In this document: positions 1-11,845 of the stretch, one piece after another
Layout: every line of letters begins with the position of its first letter
Position numbering within the stretch: the stretch's first letter is position 1
NCBI GenBank assembly: GCA_002256025.1
Contig: NKIB01000388.1
Location: 1-33,164, forward strand
Length of the DNA stretch: 33,164 nucleotides
Direction of reading: 5' to 3'
Origin: Asterionella formosa
Taxonomy: Eukaryota
Program-made: the position numbers and the translations under genes
Notes under the pieces: model-generated
What the model was told of the DNA's origin: nothing
Database searches by the model: none
What the model saw: the letters and a program-made list of their open reading frames with translations, nothing else

Positions 1-27
1 GGAAAATGTTCATCTACCTCATCCAAT

Positions 28-375
28 TTGTCCCATCATTCCTCTTTTATGGTACAAATGGCAAATGCATTAGAGTGTTTTGAACGAGTAAATGCAGTGA
101 AACTTCAAGTGCTTCAGTCTTCAGCAGGACCAAGACGCGAGAAAGAGATCCTAGATGTTCTGGATCTCTATAAAAGTCGTCTCAAGAATGCTCGGAAGGA
201 TTTGGAAGAGTTGGAGAATCATGGGTATGACTCCAATAATTCTGATGTAGTTCAGGCTCGACTAGAAATTAAGATATGCAAGAGAAAGCGGGATCACTAT
301 TTTCATAGAAACTGCAGTTATCCCTCTTGGAATCGTAACTATTCAAAAAATAGTCAAAAAAGGGGCTATAATTAA
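28..375 (+). other. Possible 3' part of a coiled-coil ORF of unknown function (may be TE-derived; may begin before the window)
   Basis: The ORF has a protein-like helical composition (KSRLKNARKDLEELENHGYDSNNSDVVQARLEIK). No family recognised. Confidence 0.2.
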
Positions 376-1068
376 AGCTTTTAAAAAAATCTACGAGGGA
401 TAACTGCCACTTCTCTGCAGAAGTTAACTCCTGACGTTATAGGGTACACGGCTATCTCCTTTAATCTTCATGAAACCCCGCAGATGTAGAGCAACCCTCC
501 TACAAAAGTCGACCCGATCGGCTTTTCCAACAGTCGCCAAAATATTGGAATCGGAATTTGTATGTGCAAAATCGTTCTCGTATTCTTAGAGTCTTGCGTA
601 GGTATGTTTTGCTGCATAATTCTCAGTCTTAAAAGACTCCAGGGTAAGTTGCCGCGTCACTACACGTATTCTGATTGGTTGAATTGAATTTACTCACCTG
701 CTTCTCCAGATCGGCTGCAGTGTCTCGGTCTTGTAAAATTACAATTACGCCAGCCATACTTGAACCACATGTATTAGATGCACTGTACCGGTACCTGGTA
801 GGTAAAGGAAGTGCTAGCAGTAGTTTCATCATCCATCGTCAATAAACAAGATTATGTACTACTGGTACCAGGTGCCCTGGTACACCGTTACTCCGGTATA
901 AACGGATTAAAAATATGATGAGCATACATTTAGGCATACTCCTTATTAATATATGTGTTATGGCGTGGAACAAAATTATGTTTACATTCAGCAACGTTGA
1001 TACAGTATAAATAATATCATTTTTGTTTGTGTAAATTGGAACTCTGTCTATCTGGCACTGACTCCTAT

Positions 1069-1321
1069 TTAATTCAAATATTCAAATATACACTCGAATC
1101 ATGGGAACTCATAGCAGCAAACTCCCTGTTCCATGCCATTTTTACAACCCTAGCGACGTTTTCTCCAAACTAGGGTTACGCCGAGGGCCGCAACCTTAAT
1201 TCAAATATTCAAATCGACGCTCGAATCATGGGAATTCATAGTAGGAAACTCCCCGTTCCACGCCGTTTTTACAACCCTTGCAACGTTTTCTCCAAACTAG
1301 GGTTAAGCCGGTGCCGCAACC
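1069..1321. repeat. Tandem duplication of a ~126-bp unit (1069-1195, 1196-1321)
   Basis: Both units begin TTAATTCAAATATTCAAAT and end GCCGCAACC. They share CTCGAATCATGGGAA and ACGTTTTCTCCAAACTAGGGTTA. Confidence 0.9.
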
Positions 1322-1688
1322 TTAAGTAGACCCCTTGCCAATTTCGGCAATCCCAGGGCTGGAAAACCGAGGGGCAATTTGTGTCTGCTGTCTAGCCAAA
1401 ATGCTAAAATATGAAATATACAAAAAAAATATTTTATGATGGGCAATTTTGGACCTTTGGCAATTTTCGATGTGAAGATAGGAAATACAAAATATACTTT
1501 AAATGATGGGCAATGATAGTAAACTAAATTTGGCATTTATGCTTTATTTGTGGGCAGTAGTTAAGCGAATGATGCGACATTAGCTAGAGCGGGATTTGCC
1601 TCAACAATACCCTTTTCGGTGGCTACTCCCTTCTTGTATACATGTGTACTTGCAGGCAAGAGACCACCTCGGGCGTGTAATTCCTTCA
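1321..1688. repeat. Interspersed repeat, subfamily A, copy 1
   Basis: Colinear match to 28681-29053 (CTTAAGTAGACCCCTTGCC.ATTTCGGCAATCCCAGGG ... GGACCTTTGGCAATTTTCGA.GTGAAGATAGGAAATA ... GCAGGCAAGAGACCACCTCGGGCGTGTA). Confidence 0.9.
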
Positions 1689-1689
1689 C

Positions 1690-1960
1690 GAGTCCCTGAT
1701 TTGTCTCTCATGTACTTTGCTTGGTTTTCTCCGGTAGCCCTTGATTCGTCTCATGGGGCTTTCGCAGGTAGTCCTTGATTTGTTGCTGATGGCATTCTTT
1801 GGCTTTACAAGTAATCCTTAGTTCTCTCTCATATAGTTCTTCAGCTGTGTCAGTTTTCCTTCATTGTGACATTTATTGGCTTTCGCCGTTAGTCCTTGAT
1901 TTTTGCTGATGTCATTGATTAACTTTCACCATTAGCCCTTGATTTTTCCCTTTTCGATAT
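1690..1960. repeat. Degenerate ~40-bp tandem repeat
   Basis: Recurring GGCTTTCGCxGxTAGTCCTTGATTTxTGCTGATGxCATT-like units, e.g. near 1757 and 1878, with partial copies near 1733 and 1922. Confidence 0.6.
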
Positions 1961-2097
1961 TGTTTCTTGCTGCTTCTCTTGATTTGGCAAGCCTTACTGC
2001 AAATTTCTCTCGTTTGGCACTAGCACCATCTACACATCATCTTGTAGTTCAACATCGTAAGGCAGTGCTTGAATTTTCCCTATTTCGCAAGTGATTA

Positions 2098-2560
2098 CAC
2101 AGGAAACGAGAATAACTTGTATTGGAATCCAATACAAGGTGAAAAAAATGTACCAAAACAAGGTTTGCCTTGTATTGGCTTGCTTCGTTGTTAGAGTTGC
2201 GAATCCGTACTTTTTCTCTGCCAATACAAGGAAATAGGCTCCTTTTTCAATGTTAAGTATTTCACAAAATGGCCGGAATTTATTTTCCAATACAAGGTAT
2301 GATAAGTTTATCCAAATCAGCGTTTAAGCCAATACAAGGTATTCCTTGTATTGGGGTTCACCATATTCGCAACCACCTTGTATTGGTATACCAATCCAAT
2401 CAACAGTTTTGATTAAAGGTATACCTTGTTTTGGATCCAATACAAGTTAGCCTTCGGTCAGGTGCCAGCCAATACAATCAAGGTATGCCTTGCATCAGTA
2501 CCAATATCTTGCAAGGTCATCCTTGATTTTTATCCAATACACTCCTTACCTTGCATCGGT
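2098..2560. mobile_element. Terminal region of a DNA transposon with a subterminal array of CCAATACAAGG/CCTTGTATTGG motifs
   Basis: Begins TA|CACAGGAAACGAGAATAAC, matching TA|CACATGAAGGAAACGAAAATAAC at 7103-7128. About a dozen copies of the 11-bp motif follow in both orientations. Confidence 0.65.
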
Positions 2561-4259
2561 GATTTTGTAAAAATACATATAAATTCAATAATAAATGGTA
2601 TATAATATAATTTTTCAGGAATAATTTGTTGCTATGATTCTTGAATTGCAGCACATATTGCAGAGGCTTCCTATGTTTCCTTTGCTCCCCTAATTGCAAA
2701 GACTCCTTAAGCATGAAACAGACATGATGGCAGAGTGCGTAGGAGCGTTGCAGTTTGTTACATGCCATGACCTATCCTTTTTGGAAAGCCGGAAATGCGT
2801 ATCATTTTATAGCGAACAACTAAAATCTTTTCACTGGTGTGGTATTTCTTTTTGTGCAGGAAGCAAGGATGGCTTTCTGCAGTAACCTGCATCTGCGTAT
2901 GTCACCAAACCCAGATATGTGTCCTTGTGCTCGACTTAACAACTGCTTATTGATAACTACTTTTTTCTTCTTTTTGTCACAGCTTTTCGATTGTCGTAAA
3001 TTTTTTAAGGCGAGAATCTAATAGCATCGCCAACAAGAGTTTTGTTGTTATTCAACAATTCTTCCATCTCTTGTTTGGTATTTTCACTATTCAACACTGC
3101 TGTAATGTCTTCCCATGTGTTATCGTCAGCAGTCAAACTTTCTGGTAGTTCCTCTAGTGTTCCATTGAAATTTGTCATTCTTTCATGTAACCCATCGTCC
3201 ACTGTCATAATTATTTCCTCTTCATTTCCTGTTCGGTTATCAGAGGCATTTACATCATTATTGCCAACTGTTGTTTCCTCTATCTGTATTTTTCTGATAC
3301 AAATAGCACTGAGAGCAACTTGGATGAATCACAGTACCTTTGGCATTTATTTGTGAACAAGCAATGCGATGCTCACCTTCTGTGGTGAAGCAAGCTAGAA
3401 GTAGGTGGTTTATGAAAATACACAAAATGCTAGCTTCACTACGATGTGGCACAATTCAATTGGAACACGACCTCAGAATTCTTCTGTTTCCCTTCTGCCT
3501 TCCGTAGAGTGTACATGCAGTGAATAGTTAACGGTACTATATACTATGTACTCCCGATAATTTTTTAAGTTTTCATTATTTACATATATGGCTGCCAAGG
3601 ATATCGCAATCGCAAATGTCATTGGCATTGCTCGTGTTGGTGTTGATTGTTGTTTCATGATGGTGACTGGTAAAAATACAATTATAGTGTAAATGTATTT
3701 ACAAATATCTAGAATACAATAATATGCTGTTATTTTCTGTAGAAAGAAAATATTTGAGAGTATTGCTCCAGATATGCAGCTTTACAGGTATACAGTGTCT
3801 CGTATCCCCCCCTGTAAATCTGGCACAACACTCTCAAATGCTTTGCTGAGTTCGAGATAGCTAGCTGATTGGGATTGAACACTTTTTGTTTTCATTGTAG
3901 ATAATAATACAAAAGTAGTAGCTAACAAAAGTAATAATGTGACTAGAAACAACGAAACATTACTATTGTAGAACAGTGGTAAAGGCCAACACATGAACAC
4001 TAAAACTTGCTCCTGAGATCTGATTTGAGATGCTAGTGTAGGTAGAGAACATCCTACAGAACTGTAGTTAAAATTTAATGATTAATCATATCTGACGAAA
4101 ATACCGGTTCAGTAACAAGATAGAAGCCTAGCATGGAACTAGTACTAGTATAAACGTTTTGAGTTTTGATACCGAACAATTGATCGGTCGTTATTGAAGA
4201 GAAGTCATCTGGTTGATTTTTATCTATTAAATCTAGAGAAGGAAGTAGTCAGAAAGGCG

Positions 4260-4970
4260 TTCAGAATTTGACAGAAAGAGGAACCGAAAATTTGGCGCTT
4301 GGCGACAATGCAAGTATCAAGCAACCCCCACCAGAAGTCGAATCATCCAGCAACCAGGAGCCTCATTCATTCGATAATGAATTTTTACTTGAGTCATCAG
4401 TGAACCCAGTATGTAGACATCTAGGCATGCTGGAAGATAGCAGGGATGCATGTAGTGGAATTTCCATTGACACTTCTTAAAAGACCATCACTTAATGCCT
4501 TCTTTAGGGTTCACCCTACTCTCTTCCATTTTCAGCAGTAAAATTTTATTAAGTAAATGGCAGGCAAATCGAGGGGTTATAAATATCAGTGATCTAATTC
4601 CCTTAAATAAACGGTAGGCCATTTCGGCAGACAAATCTAGGAGGGGCTGTTGAGAATGTTGATGGTAGTTTGGCAATCCAAAAACAGAGCATATGAAATA
4701 TACAAAAGATGTTTTATATGACGGGCAATTGCAGAATTGAGTAATCCAAAACTGAACATATGAAATATCCACAATATGATTAATATGAAGAGGTATTGGC
4801 TGCGTCTTTGTTTGAACCATCATACAAATTATCTATAATATGTATTCAATGTTAAGTGAAAGGGTAATATAGTCCTGAAAATGACACTGATAACTAGGTT
4901 GTGAATTGCCTAGAAAAGACCCTACTCGAGAGGAGTCTACCTACTCGTATTCTTGTGTTCTCAACCCAGC
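4260..4970. repeat. Interspersed repeat, subfamily B, copy 1
   Basis: Colinear diverged match to ~26400-27056 (GCATGCTGGAAGATAGCAGGGATG, ATTGAGTAATCCAAAA, TTCAATGTTAAxTGAAAGGG, TTGTGAATTGCCTAG). The tail 4918-4960 matches 29064-29108. Confidence 0.85.
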
Positions 4971-5418
4971 TCTGCTTGATTGGTCATCCTACTCATGCCT
5001 CCCAAGCCTCAAACACACAAAAAGGCAGCTAGTCGCCACCCTCACTTGTGTCTTGCCTTCAGCATTACTCGTATGACAATTGCATCACACACCCAAGTAA
5101 TGTTAGCTGCCATCACAGCCAATGGTGTGCCAGGTACCAGTAGAATCATGATCATCACACGAAAAGTGTTGATCTGAGAATGGAAAATCGGACTTAAATG
5201 CAGGTAAATTCATTCTCGCTGGAAAGGGTGCATCTACAAAACAAATCTTTCATCAGTAAACTAATTTGCATTTCAGCAGGGATTTCTTGCAGCTCACAAG
5301 CCAATCAGAAGTATTACCGGTATTAAGGCAAGGAGGTAACAGGCAACTCTATGCTGGGGGAAACGACAAAGAAACATGATTTTGGAATTATACCTTCAGA
5401 TCTCCTTCACATCGATAG

Positions 5419-6552
5419 CTAGTAAACACCTACGTCTTCCTCAATAGGCAAGTAATCCTGTTTTAGGCTTTGGGGTTCTTGATATCGCTGGTGTGTTGCC
5501 TTGCCGAATAACGTCACTCCAATGACCACCACCACCAAGGAAATCAACTTCAATTTGCTAAAACACATTTCTTGACCTCCAAGTTTTCCACAGAATGCAA
5601 TACTCGTAACGATAAAAACAAGGACTGCTTGTAATGATTTCATGACACCTGCACTGGTGGATCCTCCAGGAAAGTGCTTCAAGGTGTGAAAAAAGCAAAA
5701 TGAGTGAACAAAATTGGCCAATGCAAACCCAAACAAGATGCTCCATGCATAGCTCCAACTGGTTCTTGATTCTTGCACAGGTTCCCAAACCAATTCTTCG
5801 AATCGCGGACGAGTATAGACCAGCTGCCAACATAAAAGAATCACGCTAGCAACTATGCCTTGAATGGCACAATTTGCCTGTACCGAAACGTTTTCGTCGA
5901 GTTTCGTCATGACTCCTTCACTTAAGCAGTAAGTGAGGGCATGCATGGTTGATCCAATCATCACCAGCAATGATCCATGAAGTACTTTTGGACCAAGACT
6001 CATTGAATTGAACCCCGTTATACATAATCCTAGGAAAACGAAAGCTACTCCCAGCCATTGACATGGGTTCATCGATCGACCTAGCAGAACTCGGCTGAAC
6101 AAAGCTGTCCATACAGTTACCGAGCTATATATAATTGCGAAGAGGGTCGGACCCGCAAGACCTGATCCTGTGTAGTTCAATGCCTGAGCACAAATATCAA
6201 AACATGCAATACATGCTGTCTTGAGCATCGAGGATCTGGATGGCCAGTCTTCCTTAGGCACAATGAAAGTAACACACGCTGGTCCGAGGTAGTAAGCAAC
6301 CATGTAAATCTGGCATGATGGATTAGCGATCCCTGCATCCTTTGCGAAAGTCATTATCAATGGTTGAGTTACACCTGAGAGGACATAGAATGCAGCTAAC
6401 GCCGCTGTTATAGTCGCTCTTGGAGTGATATACTGCCCCAGTGACTGATCATGTGTGCGTCCTGAATCCTTCTCTTGATACACCTCGAGTTCACTGTATT
6501 GCCTCATTTTGTTTCTTGATCTGTTCCGAATGTCAGATACTCGGAGTAGCAT
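5419..6552 (-). CDS. Drug/metabolite transporter (EamA / nucleotide-sugar transporter-like), ~10 TM helices
   Basis: Intact 377-aa ORF; the true start may be the ATG at 6507 (MRQYSEL, 362 aa). It has about ten hydrophobic segments and a DMT-like motif (GLAGPTLFAIIYSSVTVWTALFSRVLLGRSMNPCQWLGV). Substrate unknown. Confidence 0.85.
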   Translation of the reverse strand: MLLRVSDIRNRSRNKMRQYSELEVYQEKDSGRTHDQSLGQYITPRATITAALAAFYVLSGVTQPLIMTFAKDAGIANPSCQIYMVAYYLGPACVTFIVPKEDWPSRSSMLKTACIACFDICAQALNYTGSGLAGPTLFAIIYSSVTVWTALFSRVLLGRSMNPCQWLGVAFVFLGLCITGFNSMSLGPKVLHGSLLVMIGSTMHALTYCLSEGVMTKLDENVSVQANCAIQGIVASVILLCWQLVYTRPRFEELVWEPVQESRTSWSYAWSILFGFALANFVHSFCFFHTLKHFPGGSTSAGVMKSLQAVLVFIVTSIAFCGKLGGQEMCFSKLKLISLVVVVIGVTLFGKATHQRYQEPQSLKQDYLPIEEDVGVY

Positions 6553-6802
6553 TAAAGGCTGGATATAGATGGAGATGATAAGTCCAGTCGGAGGGAGTAG
6601 ACAACTTTACTTTCGCCTCGCCATCATTCAGGAAAAATACGATTCGGTTTTGTTTGTCCCGAATGAATGTTACATGGAAGGTAGAAGCATGGACATCGAG
6701 CCAGTTCGCATGCAGAGGAAGAATTGTGTGCATACCACAGGTATGTATAAGCAACCTTGTAGCTTGTACTGGTACCATTGCCGGTACCTGGTACGAGAGA
6801 AC

Positions 6803-6870
6803 CTGGGAAGGTCTTGTAAAACACGGTTTAAACTTCGAAACAATTAAGCTACATATTTCGATTACCGGTA
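6803..6870. repeat. Degenerate copy of the short MITE-like element at 15890-15966
   Basis: GGAAGGTCTTGTAAAACACGGTTTAAACTT...TATTTCGATTACCGG aligns with GGAAGGTCCGGTAAAACACGGTTTTTACTT...TATCTCGATTACCGG. Confidence 0.7.
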
Positions 6871-7104
6871 CAGTGCATGCTCATGTTACCAGGCCACTTA
6901 ATCAGGGCAGAAAAATAGGGAGTTTTGTCTCCCCAAAAATTGTACTATCAAGTGGTTATAATTTGAATTTTCTTAATAAAAAAACCATTGGCTAGAAGGC
7001 AACTCAAATGGTCAGTTGTAGTTTCGAAGCCCTGCAGGTGGGCTGAAACCAAAAAAGTGCGCAGAAGGCGCAATTACTGCACCTTATTGTCGACTATACC
7101 GGTA

Positions 7105-7660
7105 CACATGAAGGAAACGAAAATAACCTGTATCCGCAATTTTCGGTACATTTTCAACCAGTTTTCGTCCTCAAAATCTAGGCATACCTTGTATTGGGCG
7201 TCGCAACATTTTCCAATACAAGGTATCGGTCATTCGTTTTTTCAATACAGGTTGATAATATTGTTCCAATACAAGGTAATCCTTGAATTGGCGAAAGCTC
7301 GGTAAGTCAAGGCTAATACAAGGTGAAAACATATCCGGCATCACTCCAAATCAAAGTGTTCCATTAGTTGTTGAAAGAATATCATCCAATACAAGGTATT
7401 CCCTGTATTGGGCTCTGTTGATTTACCAATAAAATGTGGCGACATTTTGCTATTCAAGGTTGCCCCTGTATTGGGTTTTGTCTGTCCTACGTCACATCCC
7501 AATACAAGTTCATGAGTTTCAATACAAGTTGACAATATTTTCCAATTCAAGGCTGCCCCTGTATTGGGTTTCCGCGGTACTATGTCTCATCACAATACAA
7601 GGTCACAAGTACCAATACAAGGTGACAAAATCATGGAATTCAAGGTTGACTCTGTATTGG
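7105..7660. mobile_element. Left terminal region of a Tc1/mariner-like DNA transposon with a CCAATACAAGG subterminal array
   Basis: TA|CAC start shared with 2096-2116. More than a dozen motif copies, often as inverted pairs (CCAATACAAGGTATTCCCTGTATTGG). Lies directly upstream of the transposase remnant. Confidence 0.65.
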
Positions 7661-7949
7661 TCTATAGTGCTCGTAAAGTGTACTTACAATATCATAGTAT
7701 GATGCATATTGATAAAACCGTTATTTTTTGATTTATTTTATCATTCAGTAATGTAAACTTTCAAAATTTTCACCAAATTCGGCCATGTGTCTGCAAGCAT
7801 ATTGATCACATAAAACCGTCATTTTTTATATGATCATAAACTACAATACGGAAATGATCGAAATGTACTAACATACATTGTAAGTACTTATGTTTTAATT
7901 CCTACATGAACAACGAATTTATACACACAAGGTTTTGGCTACTCTGGCA

Positions 7950-9850
7950 GCAATCAACCATGTGATTGAAAGCCACTCCCTTCGTTTATGGCAATATCGA
8001 TGCAATTTAAATGATATCAACAACAGAATATAACAGCGGCCCTACCAGAATAACCACAACAAATGACATAACAACATGAGAATCCTCGGAAAATTTTAAA
8101 AAGAATTCTCATGGGGATATGCGGGCACCAGAGTAGGACCTAGGGAGAAGCAGAAAGAAAAAATGAGGAAACTTTTCAGCGATTATAGAGAGTTGGATAT
8201 GAGAAGCCTTGCTGACAGGCGATGGCCAGGATGAAATTTTGGGCATGAGAAGTAAAACCTCCTGTTTTAGACCCATCAAAGAGAAATGGGGGAAGCAAGG
8301 AAGGTCCATTGAGAATTTCAAAGCATTCTAGATTGAATCAATTATCAAACAATTTTGGTTGAGTACAAAATGTGGACAGGTCCCAATGACGAGAGATCCC
8401 TACTACGCACCAAAGGATGAAGATGCTGTTGTAATGATCATTTCATATTTTAGTAGAGAACATGTTTTGTTCCAACACACTGGTGATAACATTCTCAAGA
8501 CATTTAAACAACAGCAACTGGCTAGGGTCAAGTTATGCTGGGAAGGAAGCCGCAATCGATATACATGAAAGTAAGAAAAAGAAACGCTTTCCAAAGAAAT
8601 TCTCCATTCTTAGTCTAGTACTTTTAATACTGAAAAAATCACGATGGATAATGGAACTACAACTATATGGTGTTTTCAATTCGAAGACAAAATTGATGTT
8701 CTAAAGGTAATGCATCCAGCCAACTTACACGTTTCTTTACAGGACATTCCAGGCAGCATCCTGATGGATTGAAATCACCATTTAAAAATAGAAGCTTTGA
8801 TTGCGAAAATTCCAGAATGCAATCTACCATCATTGAAAAGGGACCTGGATTTCTTGGAATGTATACATCTTTTCACAATATAACAGGAACCTGTGGTTTT
8901 AGCTAGCTAACAACCAGTCGCTGTCCCTGATTTTGTGCCAACAATAAATGGTTCTCGCCAATATTAATGTTACTCTTTATCCAAATGTTACAGAACTACA
9001 AGTTGGACAAACACAGCATCTTCTAGTCTAGTCTGCTCATGGTGGTCCGTTCTGGATGACGGCTTCAGGTGAGCGATATTCATGACGGCATATTGTCCTG
9101 AGTGGTGAATCAAAAACACTACCTCGAACTCGGTCGGAATTGATTGATGACCTGGCATCATGAGGAGCGAACACCAATGGTAAAACCAAGCTTCCCAGTC
9201 TGAAATTGAAACTATAAATCATACAAGAAAAGTCAAGGAAGGATGGTGGGAAGGCAAGGCAAGGCAAGGCAACAAGGTTAAGGCAAGTCTTGTGGTACTA
9301 ATGCGGGTTGATTGATGTCAAAAACATACCTCATTTCACTTGAACTGGAAATCAAAATGCATTTGAAATCATCAACCTTAATTCAAGTTTATTACACATT
9401 ATGTCAAGAGCATGTATTGACTTCTTGAAAGAGAAAGCACTGATAAGCACATTAGGACCAATTTTGGAGATGAGGTCATTTTGACACCGAAATGTAATGC
9501 ATAAATTGCTGGAGAGGGATTTGAATATATGTGTGTCTGTGCCAAATGGGGATACCGAAGCCTTTAACTGAAGGAGGTAAAGGGAAAGATTAATTTCATG
9601 GGAATTGTTAGATCATGTCTACAAGAGGAAGCGATGGCAGTTGTGAGGATACGAAATTTTCAAGACAAATTTGTCAGTAAATGTTGGCTTACCATGTCAT
9701 GCCATGACTCTGGCCAATTCAATCAAGCACTACAGCAGCTGTGCTCTAAACATGGTCCAGTGGTAATTGAAGACCTGTACAAAGGATGAATACACATCAA
9801 TGTCTGACAGAAAATGGAAGCAGAAAAAGGAGAAGTTTGAGAAGCAGATA
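7950..9850 (+). pseudogene. Degenerate IS630/Tc1/mariner-superfamily (Sagan-like) DDE transposase
   Basis: Motifs read across stops and frameshifts: GGPFWMTASGERY (~9040), GWWEGKA..LRQVLW..GLID (~9241-9318), SLLHIMS..CIDFLKEK (~9387) and TPKCNA*IAGEGFEYMCVCAKWGYRSL*LKEVKGKINF (~9484-9597). The last corresponds to the PKxHxE(L/I)..IE..W..AK C-terminal catalytic block. The 5' boundary is approximate. Confidence 0.75.
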
Positions 9851-9899
9851 ACACTTCACACCGGAGTGACAAACAGCAACAATGGTGATTGTAACGATG

Positions 9900-10990
9900 T
9901 CGATTTTAGCGTTCAACAAGGCTACAACGATGAGTGATTATATGGATAATGTAGCTAAGCAACACGAAAAGAAACTGATATTTATGACAGCAACAAGAGA
10001 AAAGAAGCGAAAGAAGCAAAAAATAACGACATTTTCCACAAAATGAGCGCTATTACGGAACAAGACGAAGAAGCAGAACGCAAGAAAGACGGCGAGCCAC
10101 CAGACAACAAAACATAAGACCGAGAAAGCAACACAGAAGAAGAAGCGGGACGAGAGACTACAAAGTATGAAACTACACAAAAGGGGGGAACACAGGTATA
10201 TGGCACAGGCGAAGTGGTAAAGCATTCAGAGCATTCTCCAAAAACAATAGCAAAAAAAATGCAACCATCAACGATGATACTAAAGTCGTAGAAGCGGAAC
10301 AAAAAGAGCATTTCTACCACTTCCACCAAAGACAGGGAAAAGCGACCCAACTCCAGCATCTGAACTCCAATGACAAGGACAAACACTTATGACAGGATGG
10401 AAAACAAAAGTACGAGGAATCAAACTAGTAAGATATTCAAACTGAATTTAGCAAAAATGATGGAAGCCAGCATGAAAGACTCTGACATCTCCGCAGTGAA
10501 GCTCAATCAACTGGAACAGAGTAAAGGAGAAATATCGCATTAGGCAGTATTTAAACTCAATCAACAAGATCAACAAGGATACCTGAAGATAAAAGAGGGT
10601 CTGACGCCAATATATAAATGCATACATCCACATGAAGTTGACAAAGGGTTACGTAGCAATGAAGAGATCAATCCTTCCATTCCTGAAAGAAAAACAGAAT
10701 GTTCATGGATGAATACACACTCCACAGTCTCGATGATGTGCAAGCCAGGTGGCTATTTGGAAAGAATAGCTTTATAGTCTCCATAGAGAGAACAAAGAAA
10801 TGGATTGACAGCCTCTTTGTAGAAGACCTTGCACAAAGATTAGACTATCAAATAAGGAGCCAAGGCATCAAGTATACAAAGTTAGGATCAAAGTCAAAAC
10901 CTACGCATGCAGAATCAGTTCAAACAAGAATACTGCTAAGGAAACATATGCTGCAATGATTAAAATATTTCCAATCCAAACCGACTACTC
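9900..10990 (+). pseudogene. Decayed A-rich coding remnant, possibly ORF1 of a non-LTR retrotransposon
   Basis: Strong purine/A strand skew and fragmented frames (FMDEYTLHSLDDVQARWLFGKNS...). No RT or endonuclease motif was seen, so the class is a guess. Confidence 0.25.
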
Positions 10991-11845
10991 TATTTTCTAG
11001 GTTATCAAGCATTAAATTTTGCAGCTGATCAAGATCACGAAGGTATAGCCAGTATTATCAGATCCAAGGAAAGTGACATTCCTGCTGATGGGAGAGAGTG
11101 TATTCTTAGTCAGCAGCAATAAAAACAGTTTCTTGGAATTTCTAGGGGTCTTCCTGGTGAACATAGGAGAATTGGAAGTTTTAGAGAGGGAAAGGAAGGT
11201 TGTGGGAGGAGGAATAAGCTTTCTTTTGAAGAAAGTGCGGTGAGAGGTGTGCAAAGTAGGCGAAATAAATATTCTCAGAATGGAACAGGCAAATTTGACT
11301 GAATTTTGCTTTGAAGAGACCAGCAGGTGTAACAAATCAAGTTGAGCATGAATAAGAGTGGAGGAGGATTAACAGAAGGGACTGGTAGTGCCCAAAGGGG
11401 ACATAGTGAATGAGGTGGGTGTCAGCAGCAGTGCCATAGACTGTCAACAGAGGCTTAGTACTATGGAGAAAAAATAGACAACAGTTGGGATTTTAAGCTG
11501 GAAAGTAAAATGGTTCACAAAGTTGAAACAATATTTAGAACATATATTATATACACCATTTGAATCGGAATTATATTAAATAGGAGGGGTTCCTAGCTTG
11601 TGGTTCATGAATGGTAATGTAGGGACCTTAAGTTTGGTTGTAACTATACCGGAACAGATGGAGTACTATTTATCATTTACTACGAGTATGTTTTTGTAGG
11701 GCTACTACTAGTATATAGGCAGTGACATGAGATATTTCGGCAAGGGCTAGATCAGAAATGTAATCAAGTATAAATATATATTGATGAATTTCAACAGGCT
11801 AAGCGCGTAATTATAACAATTTTTCAATGAAAACAAAGCCTAGAA

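Noticed and set aside
1146..1306. AACCCTA/TAGGGTTA as telomeric repeats
   Set aside because: These are isolated single units forming a hairpin within a duplicated segment, not a tandem TTAGGG tract.
7185..7660. CCAATACAAGG arrays (also 2115-2545) as a CRISPR array
   Set aside because: The motif is only 11 bp, occurs in both orientations with irregular spacing, and there are no cas genes in this eukaryotic context.
9938..10386. Hydrophobic minus-strand ORFs resembling membrane proteins
   Set aside because: They are the antisense of A-rich sequence, which gives F/L/V/C-rich translations by composition alone.
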